Program-made: the position numbers and the translations under genes
The notes under the pieces: generated by a model
Databases searched by the model: none
What the model was told of the DNA's origin: nothing
The model's input: the letters and a program-made list of their open reading frames with translations, nothing else
Shown here: in pieces, positions 18,343 to 27,754 of the stretch
Position numbering within the stretch: the first letter of the stretch is position 1
How the letters are laid out: each line of letters begins with the position of its first letter
IMG/VR virus record: IMGVR_UViG_3300025735_000007
Location: 32,001 to 96,000 of that record
From: a virus
Lineage: Duplodnaviria > Caudoviricetes
Direction: 5' to 3' (one strand)
Length of the DNA stretch: 64,000 bases

Positions 18343-21300
18343 ATGGCTCAGCTCAAACAGGTTTGCACCGTCACCAACGGCTCGCAAACCGTAGCGGTGA
18401 TCGGCGTAAATGTGGCTTACCGCATTCTCGCCAACAGCATCTTCATGACGTCGCCCGACTTTGTGCCCTACACGGTTGCGAGGGATGCGCAATTCGACGG
18501 CACGAACACGGTGGTCACGCTCGCGGCTGAGTATCAGGGCGACAGCGGCGCAATGGCGCAGGGCGTGTTCGTTACCGACTTCACCTACCCGGACAATATC
18601 CCGCTCATCAGCCAGGGCGACGTCGGCACTGCCGCGATCTGGACGAAGGCGATGTATACGCTGCAGGCCATGATCGGCTCGGTAACGCCCGCCGGCCTGA
18701 ACGCGTTCATCGCGCAGATCAACCAGACGCAGGCTGCCGCTGATGCTGACGCTGCCGCGGCGCTGGCCTCGCAGAACGCGGCCAAGACGTCGGAAACGAA
18801 CGCGAAGACATCGGAGACCAGTGCCGCCGCAAGCCAGTCGGCGGCGGCCACCAGTGCGACCAACGCAAAAACGTCCGAGACAAACGCGAAGACCAGTGAG
18901 ACGAACTCGGCTGCGTCGGCCAGTGCGTCTGCGGGCTCCGCGACGGCATCGTCGAACTCGGCGACGGCTGCCGCCGGCTCCGCGAGTGCGGCATCGACGA
19001 GCGCAAGTAATGCGAGCGGCTCGGCGTCGGCCGCTGCCGCGTCGAAGACGGCAGCCGGCACGAGTGAAGCCAACGCGAAGACGTCGGAAACGAACGCTGC
19101 GGGCTCTGCAGCAGCGGCGCTTGCTTCGCAGGACGCGGCGAAGACCAGCGAAACGAACTCGAAAACCTCCGAGACCAACGCAAAGACTTCGGAAACCAAC
19201 GCCAAGACGAGCGAAACGAACGCGAAAACGTCAGAGACCAATGCGGCCGCATCTGCAACTAACGCCGCGGTTGACCGCGCGACGGTGCAGGGCATTCTGA
19301 CGACGATGAATGCGCTGTATCTCGGCAATAAGGCGAGCGACCCTACTGTCGACAACAGCGGCAATGCGCTCAAGCAGGGCGCCGAATATTTCAACACGAC
19401 CACGCAACTGCTGCGCGTCTACACGAGCACGGGCTGGCAGAACTACGACAAGGACGCGCAGACGCAGGCAACCAACGCGACCGCGAGTGCTGCGGCCGCG
19501 GCAGGTTCGGCGTCGGGCGCTGCCACGTCGGCGACGAACGCACACACCAGTGAGACTAATGCAGCAGCATCGGCGGCGGCCGCGCTCGCGTCGCAGAATG
19601 CCGCCAAGACCAGCGAGACGAACGCCAAGACGTCTGAGACGAACGCGAAAAGCTCTGAGACGAACGCGCAGACTAGCGAATCGAACGCCAAGACGAGCGA
19701 GACGAACGCCGCGGCGAGCGCTGCCCATGCCGATCAGGTCGCCCAGACCATCGGCAACCCAGTGTCCAAGAATGGCGACACGATGACGGGCCAGCTCGGG
19801 ATCGCGTATGCGGGCGCGACGGAGATCCTGAACGACACCTCCGGCTCGACCCAGTTCGGCTATGGTTACCAGTCGGGCGGCACGCCGCTCTGGGCGATGT
19901 GGGTTGCCACGTCGAAGAACTGGCTGCTGCAGCGCTACGCGAATGGCGTGGCCGTCGATAACCCGATCTCGGTATCTGGCTCGACCGGTGTCGTCAGCAT
20001 GCCGAGCCGCGTGCTAGTCGGCGCAGGGGCAGACGACGGCTCAAATTCGCTGCAGGTTGGCGGCAGCATGCGCGCCGACAACTACTACATGCTGGCTCAG
20101 GGCACCGGCGACGCAGGCACGATTGGGTGGGGCAACAGCAACGGCCCGGCAATCGGCATGTATGGGAGCGCAACGGGGTCTGCAGGCGCGTTTGTGCTCA
20201 AGACTGCCGGTGTGGAGCGAGTGCGTCTGAATGGGGCAGGCCGTTTGCTCGTTGGCACTGCCACCGATGACGGCGCGAACCTGATGCAGGTGAACGGCAA
20301 CGTCTCGCTCGTCGGCGCCGGCCCGAAGATCACGTTCAACGCAGCTGGCCCATTTGTCAACTCGCCGTCCGCGAACGTGCTGGCGCTCTCGAATGGCTCG
20401 GCCGAAGTCTTCCGTCTGAGCGCGGGCGGCCGCCTGCTGGTTGGAACGACGACTGACGACGGCGCGAACGTGTTGCAGGTAGCCGGCGCCGCAAAGGTCA
20501 GCGGAGTGCTGACGGCAACTGCCGGTGGCACTTTCTCCGCGGCCGCCTTCGTTGACATGGTGTCCACCGCTACGACCGCACAGCTCAGCTTGAAAGGATC
20601 GAGCGGTGCGCTCAGCACCGAAAGCAAACTGCGCTTCTATGGCACCTTCGGCACCGGTTCGGATCTGGGCACGCGTCTGGTCGCGTCCATGCGCGCCGGC
20701 TTCAATGCGGGGACGTGGGGTAAGGAATACCTCGACTTTTACCTGAACAGCGCGAGCAACGACGCGCAGAGCGACGCCAACCAGTCGCGCGTGCTGCGAC
20801 TGGCATATGGCGGTCGCGTGATCGTCGGCACCAATGCGGTCGACGACGGAGTCAACCGTCTCCAGGTCAGCGGTAACGTGGCGCTCTCTGGCGCCATGAA
20901 GGTCGGCACCTACACGCAGCAGGTCGAGATCAACGGCGACTCTTACACGGCCGTCAACGCCTATTACGACGGCACGAACTGGCAGCGCATCGACACAACC
21001 AAGCCAGCGTGGCTGTTCCAGAGCAACGTCACGAACGACATGACGTTCGAAGGCTACAAGGGGCTGTCGTGGTGGGTGTGCCAGCCGGGCACGAACCCGA
21101 TTGGTAACTGGGGCGCGGCTAACGGCTGGACGCTGATTCAAAGCTATTCGCAATACCACGACGTCACGCTCGGCGGGAACGGTTTTGAAATCGACGGTAA
21201 CGGCACGCTGCCGTATGGTCGTTTCCAGCACGCGACCGTCGGAGGCCAGAAGCGAACCGGCGTGATGACCAACGCCTACATCGATGAGTCCGGGCGCGAC

Positions 21301-22641
21301 GACACGACCAAGAACTCCTGGTGGTTTGGCGTGAGCGATGACGGCACTGCGTCGGGTGACAAGTGGAAGATCCAGCGCGCGGCGAGTGGCACTACGTTTG
21401 CGTGGTCCGATCTGATCACAGTAACCGGCGCCGGCCGTGTGCTTGTTGGCACGTCGACGGACGACGGGTCGAACGTGCTGCAAGTGAATGGCCCGACGAA
21501 AATCACTGGAGCGCTTTCAGTTACAGGGACATCGGCGCTCGGCACCGTGAACATGAGCGGCACCCTGAATATGACAGGCGGAGCAGTCGAGTTTGGCTCG
21601 ACTACTGCCGTCATGACGCCGTTTATTGACTTCCACAGCTCTGGCACGGGTAACGACTACGACGCACGCATCATCGCAAGCGGCGGCAGTGCAACAGTGG
21701 GCGCCGGGGCGCTCACCTATGTCGGCTCGAGCGGGCACTATTTTACGGGCAACGTTACGATCCAGCCCCCTTCCTCGTTTGCCATTATCACGCTCAAGAC
21801 AGGGACGTATCAGCCGGTCATTCGTTCGAACGCTGCAACGGCATCGATTGAATTCGTCAACAGTGCCAACAGCGCAGTCAACCTGACGGTCTACGACTCG
21901 GGCACCGTCGCCGCACGTGGGCAGCTCGTCGCGCCTACCGTGTCCGCGACTGGTGGGACTTCACAGTTTGCCGGGGCCGCGGTCAACGGCACCCTCTGGA
22001 TTCAGAACCAAAACCAGATCGCACTGCAAGGAACAACCTACACAGCTTATTTGCGTGGCGACAACCAAGGCCTGTGCGGCTTCATCAATCAGGCTGGGAG
22101 CAACTGGAACTTCCAGATTTGGGATGATGGTCGCACGGTCCACCGTGGGTTGGCGACCTTCAACGGGAATGTCGCGCAGAGCTACCAGAACTTTGGCTAC
22201 CTGAACTTCAGCGGCTCGGCTGTGAACAACGCGGCGGGATCGTGGGCCGTAGGCGTCAACGTAGACCAAGCGGTCACGGCCAACCAGTTCTTCGCACTAT
22301 CCGACAGACGCCTGAAAACAGAGATCAAGGCACTGGATGAGGCTGAAGCGATCCGGTTTGTGGAACAGGTCGAACCCAAGACCTATCTGAAGGAAGGCGT
22401 GCGGGAGCGCGGCTATCTCGCGCAAGACGTGGGCAAGGCGCTCGACGGCAGCGGCTGCGAGCTCCTGACCGTGAGCGAGCGCAAGGGCCTTGCCGAGGAG
22501 ATCGATGAGGACGGCTTTGTGTCACCCGAGGATCACGTTCTGAACGTGGCACACAACCAGATCATCCCAATCCACTCCGCCGTGCTTCGCAATCTGTTGC
22601 GTCGTGTAGCGGAACTTGAAGCATTCAGGCAGGCGAAATGA
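18343..22641 (+). CDS. Long side tail fibre with C-terminal intramolecular chaperone (peptidase S74-like)
   Basis: AKTSETN repeats (lambda Stf-like), repeated GRxLVG..DDG.N.LQV units, SDRRLKTEI motif, coiled-coil end. Confidence 0.85.
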   Translation: MAQLKQVCTVTNGSQTVAVIGVNVAYRILANSIFMTSPDFVPYTVARDAQFDGTNTVVTLAAEYQGDSGAMAQGVFVTDFTYPDNIPLISQGDVGTAAIWTKAMYTLQAMIGSVTPAGLNAFIAQINQTQAAADADAAAALASQNAAKTSETNAKTSETSAAASQSAAATSATNAKTSETNAKTSETNSAASASASAGSATASSNSATAAAGSASAASTSASNASGSASAAAASKTAAGTSEANAKTSETNAAGSAAAALASQDAAKTSETNSKTSETNAKTSETNAKTSETNAKTSETNAAASATNAAVDRATVQGILTTMNALYLGNKASDPTVDNSGNALKQGAEYFNTTTQLLRVYTSTGWQNYDKDAQTQATNATASAAAAAGSASGAATSATNAHTSETNAAASAAAALASQNAAKTSETNAKTSETNAKSSETNAQTSESNAKTSETNAAASAAHADQVAQTIGNPVSKNGDTMTGQLGIAYAGATEILNDTSGSTQFGYGYQSGGTPLWAMWVATSKNWLLQRYANGVAVDNPISVSGSTGVVSMPSRVLVGAGADDGSNSLQVGGSMRADNYYMLAQGTGDAGTIGWGNSNGPAIGMYGSATGSAGAFVLKTAGVERVRLNGAGRLLVGTATDDGANLMQVNGNVSLVGAGPKITFNAAGPFVNSPSANVLALSNGSAEVFRLSAGGRLLVGTTTDDGANVLQVAGAAKVSGVLTATAGGTFSAAAFVDMVSTATTAQLSLKGSSGALSTESKLRFYGTFGTGSDLGTRLVASMRAGFNAGTWGKEYLDFYLNSASNDAQSDANQSRVLRLAYGGRVIVGTNAVDDGVNRLQVSGNVALSGAMKVGTYTQQVEINGDSYTAVNAYYDGTNWQRIDTTKPAWLFQSNVTNDMTFEGYKGLSWWVCQPGTNPIGNWGAANGWTLIQSYSQYHDVTLGGNGFEIDGNGTLPYGRFQHATVGGQKRTGVMTNAYIDESGRDDTTKNSWWFGVSDDGTASGDKWKIQRAASGTTFAWSDLITVTGAGRVLVGTSTDDGSNVLQVNGPTKITGALSVTGTSALGTVNMSGTLNMTGGAVEFGSTTAVMTPFIDFHSSGTGNDYDARIIASGGSATVGAGALTYVGSSGHYFTGNVTIQPPSSFAIITLKTGTYQPVIRSNAATASIEFVNSANSAVNLTVYDSGTVAARGQLVAPTVSATGGTSQFAGAAVNGTLWIQNQNQIALQGTTYTAYLRGDNQGLCGFINQAGSNWNFQIWDDGRTVHRGLATFNGNVAQSYQNFGYLNFSGSAVNNAAGSWAVGVNVDQAVTANQFFALSDRRLKTEIKALDEAEAIRFVEQVEPKTYLKEGVRERGYLAQDVGKALDGSGCELLTVSERKGLAEEIDEDGFVSPEDHVLNVAHNQIIPIHSAVLRNLLRRVAELEAFRQAK
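18781..19710 (+). repeat. Coding tandem repeats (AKTSETN)n and Ala/Ser runs
   Basis: Many degenerate 21-bp units encoding AKTSETN. Confidence 0.85.
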
Positions 22642-23198
22642 CCATGTATTTCTTCCTTTATGACGACGCTGGCACGGTGCGCGGCTCAATGGACTTTCCT
22701 GACGGGACAGCCGCGCCTATGTCGAAAATGGTCGCCTGCACCGCAGAGCAGGCCGCGGCGATGTATCGCTACCGGGTGGACCTGACAGACACGCCCGCCG
22801 TCGTTGAGATTGATCCGGTCACCCTGCTCAAATCGCTCACGACCGATCTTGCTGCGTCGATCGACGCGAAGGTGGCGACAGTCTATGCGAACTGGACGCG
22901 CTTCCAGCAGGAGTATCTACAGCGTGAAGCGGCCGCGCGCGCATACAAGGCGGCCGGCTACACCGGAGACGTCTCGATCTGGATCTCAGGATTTGCCAAC
23001 GCCGCCGGCAAGACATCGCAGGAAGCTGCGGATCTCATCGTTGCGCAGGCAGATGGACTCTACGCAGCACTGTCGTCGCTCGGCGCGCTGCGTATGCGCA
23101 AATACGAAGTCTTCACCGCGTCGGATTGCGACGCTGCATTCGCCGCACACGATGCGATTTCTGCCGAAATCGACACAGTTGCAGCAACCATCCAGTAA
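22638..23198 (+). CDS. Tail fibre assembly-like protein
   Basis: Follows the fibre; EY..RE.AA.AY motif. Confidence 0.55.
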   Translation: MTMYFFLYDDAGTVRGSMDFPDGTAAPMSKMVACTAEQAAAMYRYRVDLTDTPAVVEIDPVTLLKSLTTDLAASIDAKVATVYANWTRFQQEYLQREAAARAYKAAGYTGDVSIWISGFANAAGKTSQEAADLIVAQADGLYAALSSLGALRMRKYEVFTASDCDAAFAAHDAISAEIDTVAATIQ

Positions 23199-23207
23199 AG
23201 GAGTCAC

Positions 23208-23672
23208 ATGAAGGTCGCATTTTTCAAAGGGCGCCATCCGGGTATCAAGGGCTGGCTGGGCGTCTTGACGAAGTGGTGGACACGCGGACCGTATAGCCAC
23301 GCCGAGCTCGTCATGGCCTATGAGAGCGGCATGGCGGTCTGCTGGTCGTCTGCGTATCTCGACAAGGGCGTGCGCCGCACGGTGATCAAGCTCGACCCCG
23401 CCGACTGGGACATCGTGGAGATCCCAACCACGTCCGAGCAGGAAGCCACAGCAATTGCGTGGTTTGAGGCGCATGTCGGGCAGCCGTATGACATCGCGGG
23501 CCTCTTCGGGTTTGTGTTCCGGCACCTCGAGGGCGAGAAGGGCAAGTGGTTCTGCTCGGAAGCGCTCGCCGAGGCGTTGGGCTACGCGGAGTCCTGGCGC
23601 TATGACCCGAACACGTTCGCGGCAGTGCTCGGCCACTGGGAGCGCCAGAGCGAGCTTCAATCACTGGCATAG
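23208..23672 (+). CDS. Permuted papain-like (YiiX-type) hydrolase
   Basis: YSHAEL ... GQPYD ... WFCSE: His before Cys. Confidence 0.7.
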   Translation: MKVAFFKGRHPGIKGWLGVLTKWWTRGPYSHAELVMAYESGMAVCWSSAYLDKGVRRTVIKLDPADWDIVEIPTTSEQEATAIAWFEAHVGQPYDIAGLFGFVFRHLEGEKGKWFCSEALAEALGYAESWRYDPNTFAAVLGHWERQSELQSLA

Positions 23673-23673
23673 A

Positions 23674-23691
23674 TAAGTCACACCAGACTTA
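23674..23691. promoter_or_regulatory. 18-bp palindromic operator
   Basis: TAAGTCA CACC AGACTTA. Confidence 0.7.
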
Positions 23692-23760
23692 CTGTAATCT
23701 ACGGAAGAGCGGTCATCCCGGCCGCCTCCCACTTCTTCGTTTCACCTTCAGGAGTTTCAC

Positions 23761-24108
23761 ATGGCAATCAGCAAGCAGATCACCCAGGATGCGACCGGCG
23801 TCGTCGTCGGCTACCACGTTGTGCTGAGCGTAACGCTCGACAAGGCGAGCAAGATGACGACCGGCGCGGTGTCGAGCTTTGTCTCGGCCGATGCCAAGTC
23901 CGCTGGCAAGCAACCGGTCGGCTATCCGGTGCACATCACGGTGCCCGGTCTACCCGGCGCGAAGGAAGAGGCGTTCAACTTCTTCGAGAAGCAGGTGACG
24001 GCAGCGCAACCTACCGACGGCGACGGCGGCGGCAATCCGATGGCGGTCAATTCCTTCGGCGACGTGCGTTACATGTTCGCCGACGGCACGGTCGTCGCGG
24101 ACGTTTGA
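23761..24108 (+). CDS. Hypothetical protein
   Basis: AGGAG RBS, coding bias. Confidence 0.6.
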   Translation: MAISKQITQDATGVVVGYHVVLSVTLDKASKMTTGAVSSFVSADAKSAGKQPVGYPVHITVPGLPGAKEEAFNFFEKQVTAAQPTDGDGGGNPMAVNSFGDVRYMFADGTVVADV

Positions 24109-24110
24109 AA

Positions 24111-24128
24111 TAAGTAAGCGGTGACTGG
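24111..24128. promoter_or_regulatory. 18-bp operator upstream of lysis cassette
   Basis: TAAGTAA GCGG TGACTGG. Confidence 0.65.
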
Positions 24129-24191
24129 ACATAGGCGATGGTGTCTTGTTAACATCGCCTCTTACACACCATTCTGCGAGAGAGCGACGGC

Positions 24192-24524
24192 ATGGGCTTC
24201 ACTGACCCGAAAGACCAGGAGAACCTGATGACCATCGCGAAGGAAGTAGCGAAGGCCACCGTCGAAGAGATGGGGCTAAAGCTGCGCGAGCGGGATGAGG
24301 AGCTCCGGGAAAGCATCGTCGAAGACGTGCGCAAAGAGCTCAAGTCGTATTTTGGCGACCAGTCACCTTCAGACCACCTCATCCAGCACAACCGCATCGA
24401 CAAGCTGCTCAACTGGATCGACAACCTCGGGAAAAACTTCTGGGGCGGACTCATCGCCGGCACCGTTAAGTTCCTTGTGGTCGCGATCATTGGCGCGGCC
24501 GTCTTCTCGAAATACAAAGGCTGA
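24192..24524 (+). CDS. Putative holin/antiholin (single C-terminal TM)
   Basis: One hydrophobic C-terminal segment; first gene of the lysis cassette. Confidence 0.5.
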   Translation: MGFTDPKDQENLMTIAKEVAKATVEEMGLKLRERDEELRESIVEDVRKELKSYFGDQSPSDHLIQHNRIDKLLNWIDNLGKNFWGGLIAGTVKFLVVAIIGAAVFSKYKG

Positions 24525-24527
24525 CAC

Positions 24528-24851
24528 ATGCGCTTCATCCAAACCCTCAAGACCCTCGTCGACGATCGCCTGCTGATCATGCTGATCCCGGCGCTCGTTG
24601 TGCTCACGTTTGATACGGCGGTGCTCTTCAGCCTCGCCTACGCGATCGCCATTGTGGTTGCTATCGTCGCGGTCGCCCACTCGTTGCGCCTGCTCCTGCT
24701 GCCCTATGTGAGCATGCGCCAGCTGGTTGACATGGCGTCGCAGTCGCCCGGCTCCTCTGCCTGCGTGTTCGTCGCCGTTCTCTGCTTCATGGGCCTCGTC
24801 GTGCATTCGATGGTCGCCTGGATTCAGGCTGCTGCCGGTCATGTTGCCTAA
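24528..24851 (+). CDS. Putative holin (about 3 TM)
   Basis: 107 aa, three hydrophobic segments, upstream of endolysin. Confidence 0.65.
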   Translation: MRFIQTLKTLVDDRLLIMLIPALVVLTFDTAVLFSLAYAIAIVVAIVAVAHSLRLLLLPYVSMRQLVDMASQSPGSSACVFVAVLCFMGLVVHSMVAWIQAAAGHVA

Positions 24852-25455
24852 ACTCGCGGCCCTTTACGCGCCGGTGCTCGCAGCGCAGATCGTCGCGCTG
24901 TGGCCGGCTATGCCCACCCCCTCCACGCTCGCCGCGCAGGTGGAGCAGGAGACGTGCGTGTCGCTGACGTCGAAGGGCTGCTGGAACCCGAAGACCGAAC
25001 TGAAGACGAGCCGCGAATATGGTTTCGGCCTCGGGCAGTTGACGGTCACGCCGAAGTTCAACAACTTCGAGGCAGCAAAGGGTTGGGACAAGTCGCTCAG
25101 GGGCTGGAAGTGGGAAGACCGGTTCGACCCGAAGATGCAGCTCGCCGCGCTTGTCGCCTACGACCGCAATCTCTTCCGGTCGATCAGCTTTGCCGCGACG
25201 CCGGAAGACCGGCTTCAGTTCACCTTCAGTGCCTACAACGGCGGTTTGGGCGGCGTCATCAACGACCGGCACGTCTGCATGGCGACCAAGGGCTGTGACC
25301 CGGGCAAGTGGTTCGGCAACGTCGAGCTCACGAGCCTGAAAGCGCGCACTGCCGTCAAGGGCTACGGCCAGTCGTTCTATCAAATCAACCGCGGCTATGT
25401 GCGATCGATCTGGTTCGATCGGCGCCAGCGCTACCTGTTCATGGATACGAAATGA
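24841..25455 (+). CDS. Endolysin, lytic transglycosylase-like
   Basis: AQVEQET catalytic Glu, GLGQ and AYNGG motifs. Confidence 0.8.
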   Translation: MLPKLAALYAPVLAAQIVALWPAMPTPSTLAAQVEQETCVSLTSKGCWNPKTELKTSREYGFGLGQLTVTPKFNNFEAAKGWDKSLRGWKWEDRFDPKMQLAALVAYDRNLFRSISFAATPEDRLQFTFSAYNGGLGGVINDRHVCMATKGCDPGKWFGNVELTSLKARTAVKGYGQSFYQINRGYVRSIWFDRRQRYLFMDTK

Positions 25456-26042
25456 GAACTCTGGCTCTGCAGATCCTTCTCGCCATCGCCGTCTTCGCCG
25501 GCGGCTACGCGTGCGGTCACCACGGCGCACAGGTCGCACAGCTCAAGGCGGAAGTGAAAGCCGATCACGTCGTCGCACAGGAGAACGCCGGAGGCGTGCA
25601 GAAAGCGCAGACGCAGAGCGTGAAAACCGAGACGAAGGTGGCCGCCATCGCCACCAACGTTGACACCAACAAGGCAGCCATCGCCAGGCGCGTCGCGGCC
25701 TCGATCAAGCGCCAGGCGCCTGCCGTCACCACGGAGAAACACGATGAAACGACACCTGCTGAGTCTGGTTGTGGCTTTTATCTCGACACTGGCACTGTGC
25801 GCATGCTCAACGCCAGTCGTCAGGGAGCCGCTTTTCATTCCGCCGGCGGCGGGGATGAAGCGCTCGACGCCGCTCCAGCCCTTTGCTTTACCGACTTCAT
25901 CGACGCAGACCAAGACCTGACGAAGCTCTACCTCGACCTCGCCGCACGCCACGACGCGCTGGTCGAGTCGGTGGAGGAGTTCCAGGCAGGGCAGCGCAAA
26001 CGGCTCGGGATCAAGGAGTCCGCTGACGCGTCGCGCGAGTAA
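25452..26042 (+). CDS. Inner-membrane spanin (Rz-like)
   Basis: N-terminal TM then coiled coil, after endolysin. Confidence 0.7.
   Translation: MRTLALQILLAIAVFAGGYACGHHGAQVAQLKAEVKADHVVAQENAGGVQKAQTQSVKTETKVAAIATNVDTNKAAIARRVAASIKRQAPAVTTEKHDETTPAESGCGFYLDTGTVRMLNASRQGAAFHSAGGGDEALDAAPALCFTDFIDADQDLTKLYLDLAARHDALVESVEEFQAGQRKRLGIKESADASRE
25744..25920 (+). CDS. Outer-membrane lipoprotein spanin (Rz1-like), nested in Rz
   Basis: MKRHLLSLVVAFISTLALCAC signal peptide/lipobox, Pro-rich mature part, GGAG RBS. Confidence 0.7.
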   Translation: MKRHLLSLVVAFISTLALCACSTPVVREPLFIPPAAGMKRSTPLQPFALPTSSTQTKT

Positions 26043-26046
26043 CGAC

Positions 26047-26070
26047 ACGGCCCCACGCGGGCCGTTTTTC
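26047..26070 (+). terminator. Intrinsic terminator after lysis cassette
   Basis: ACGGCCC-cacgc-GGGCCGT-TTTT. Confidence 0.7.
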
Positions 26071-26096
26071 ATTTCCCCACGGCAGGAGTAACACAG

Positions 26097-26858
26097 ATGG
26101 CAAAGCAGCAGAGCAAGCGCTTCGAGGCGCGCGAGACGAGGCGGCGTGGTGACGTCCAGGCCCAGCCCACCGACTATGAGGCACGGGGTAAAGTCGTCAA
26201 ACCCTGCAATGAGCCGATCCGGGCACGCACCGACGCGCAGGCCCGCTACATCGCGTCCATCAAGAGCAAGACCATCACCTTCGCAACGGGACCAGCAGGC
26301 ACGGGCAAGACTTGGTTGTGCGCGTCGCTGGCCGCAGATGCGCTGCGCGACAAGCAGATCGAAAAGATCATCGTCACGCGGCCGGCGGTCGAAGCGGGCG
26401 AGAGTCTCGGCTTCTTGCCGGGCGAAATGGAAGACAAATTCGGCCACTACCTGATCCCGTTCGAGGAAGCGCTGATCGAGCGGCTCGGCACGGGTGCCTA
26501 CGAGTATCACAAGCGCATGGGCAATATCGAGGGCGCGCCGCTCGCCTACATGCGCGGTCGCACGTTCAAGAACGCATTGGTCATCCTCGACGAGGCACAG
26601 AACACGACGCCCGAGCAGATGAAGATGTTCCTCACGCGCATCGGCGAGGGCTCCCGGATGGTGGTCAACGGCGACACCGGTCAGGTCGACATTCGCGGCA
26701 AATCGGGCCTGCAGGATGCGGTCGAGCGCGTGACGTGGATTCCGACGATCGGACATGTCCGCTTTGAGCGGAAGGATGTGGTTCGCCACGGCGTGATTCA
26801 GGAGATTCTCGAGAGCTATGCCAAGCCGGTAGAGATGGAGCTTCCCCGAGCCGCGTGA
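26097..26858 (+). CDS. phoH: PhoH-like ATPase
   Basis: GPAGTGKT, LGFLPG, YMRGRTF, ILDEAQN, GD..Q.D and VVRH motifs. Confidence 0.92.
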   Translation: MAKQQSKRFEARETRRRGDVQAQPTDYEARGKVVKPCNEPIRARTDAQARYIASIKSKTITFATGPAGTGKTWLCASLAADALRDKQIEKIIVTRPAVEAGESLGFLPGEMEDKFGHYLIPFEEALIERLGTGAYEYHKRMGNIEGAPLAYMRGRTFKNALVILDEAQNTTPEQMKMFLTRIGEGSRMVVNGDTGQVDIRGKSGLQDAVERVTWIPTIGHVRFERKDVVRHGVIQEILESYAKPVEMELPRAA

Positions 26859-26991
26859 TCTTCAGGAAGGAGGGGAGTGGAGCACTTGGGGCTCGGCAGC
26901 ACTTCCCTCTATATCTAACCCTTCTTTGAATCTTTCTATACTGATAAGCATTGACTTATCTTAATTTTAGGGAACCGCGAGGAAGCCCGAA

Positions 26992-27678
26992 GTGATCCAA
27001 CCCACGTTTTACGGCAGCGCGCTCACCGTAGCGGACTGCGAAATGCTTGCGCTGACCCGCGTCGATCCCTCGCTGCGGGTGGCAGAAGCGTTGCTCTATA
27101 CCCGCAAGTGGTTCGATGTGCGCCACCTGCACCCGGTGCAGGCCACCTATCTGTTTGCCCACGAATACGCCGAAGCGGTGCGCCGTGCGTATGCCCGGCA
27201 GAAAGACATTCGCACGCTCGAGAAGGTCCGGGGTTTTGACGTGGAGAGTCTGTTTGCCTCACGCGAGCTGACGGCGATGTGGCGAGCCCGCCAAGCCTTT
27301 GACGCGATCGGCTGCCGCTATGAGTTCGCGCTCGAATTCATCATGAAGCGATTCTGTGACCGCGGCTGGCGAGTCTTCCCGCGGCCCAACCAACTCTACG
27401 CCGAAGAGATCGTCCTCGACGTGCGCGACGCGTGGCACCGGGAGTGCAAGGCGGTCACGCAGCTGGCAAAGCATGAGCGCTTTGACACGCGCAATTTCAC
27501 TGGCCACCCCGACCAGCTGGCCTACCAGGCATGGCAGATCGAGCAGGTCGGGACTCGTGGCGGCAACCGGGCGATGCTGCTTGGCCGGCTGCTGCAGGAG
27601 CGCGCGCTGTCCGAGCAGACCGTCACCGAGGCGTTCGGTGCGTCCGTGCTCGCCCAATCCAAGCGCTTCATCGTTTGA
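26992..27678 (+). CDS. Hypothetical protein at the start of the replication module
   Basis: GAGGA RBS with GTG start, 228 aa. Confidence 0.6.
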   Translation: MIQPTFYGSALTVADCEMLALTRVDPSLRVAEALLYTRKWFDVRHLHPVQATYLFAHEYAEAVRRAYARQKDIRTLEKVRGFDVESLFASRELTAMWRARQAFDAIGCRYEFALEFIMKRFCDRGWRVFPRPNQLYAEEIVLDVRDAWHRECKAVTQLAKHERFDTRNFTGHPDQLAYQAWQIEQVGTRGGNRAMLLGRLLQERALSEQTVTEAFGASVLAQSKRFIV

Positions 27679-27684
27679 TGCCAA

Positions 27685-27705
27685 TAAGTAACAAATTACT
27701 ATACT
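27685..27705 (+). promoter_or_regulatory. Operator overlapping -10 (TATACT) upstream of Hfq-like/dnaB
   Basis: TAAGTAA CAAA TTACTAT-ACT. Confidence 0.7.
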
Positions 27706-27754
27706 TTAGTGCAGACGGGTTAACCGTCCCATTTAATTCATCCCGGAGATTCAC

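Noticed and set aside
18781-19710. 21-bp periodic repeats as a possible CRISPR array or DGR
   Set aside because: They vary at synonymous positions and encode AKTSETN in frame; there are no spacers, cas genes or reverse transcriptase
26859-26991. AT-rich intergenic region as a replication origin or ncRNA
   Set aside because: No iterons or convincing conserved structure visible; only a weak operator copy at 26941
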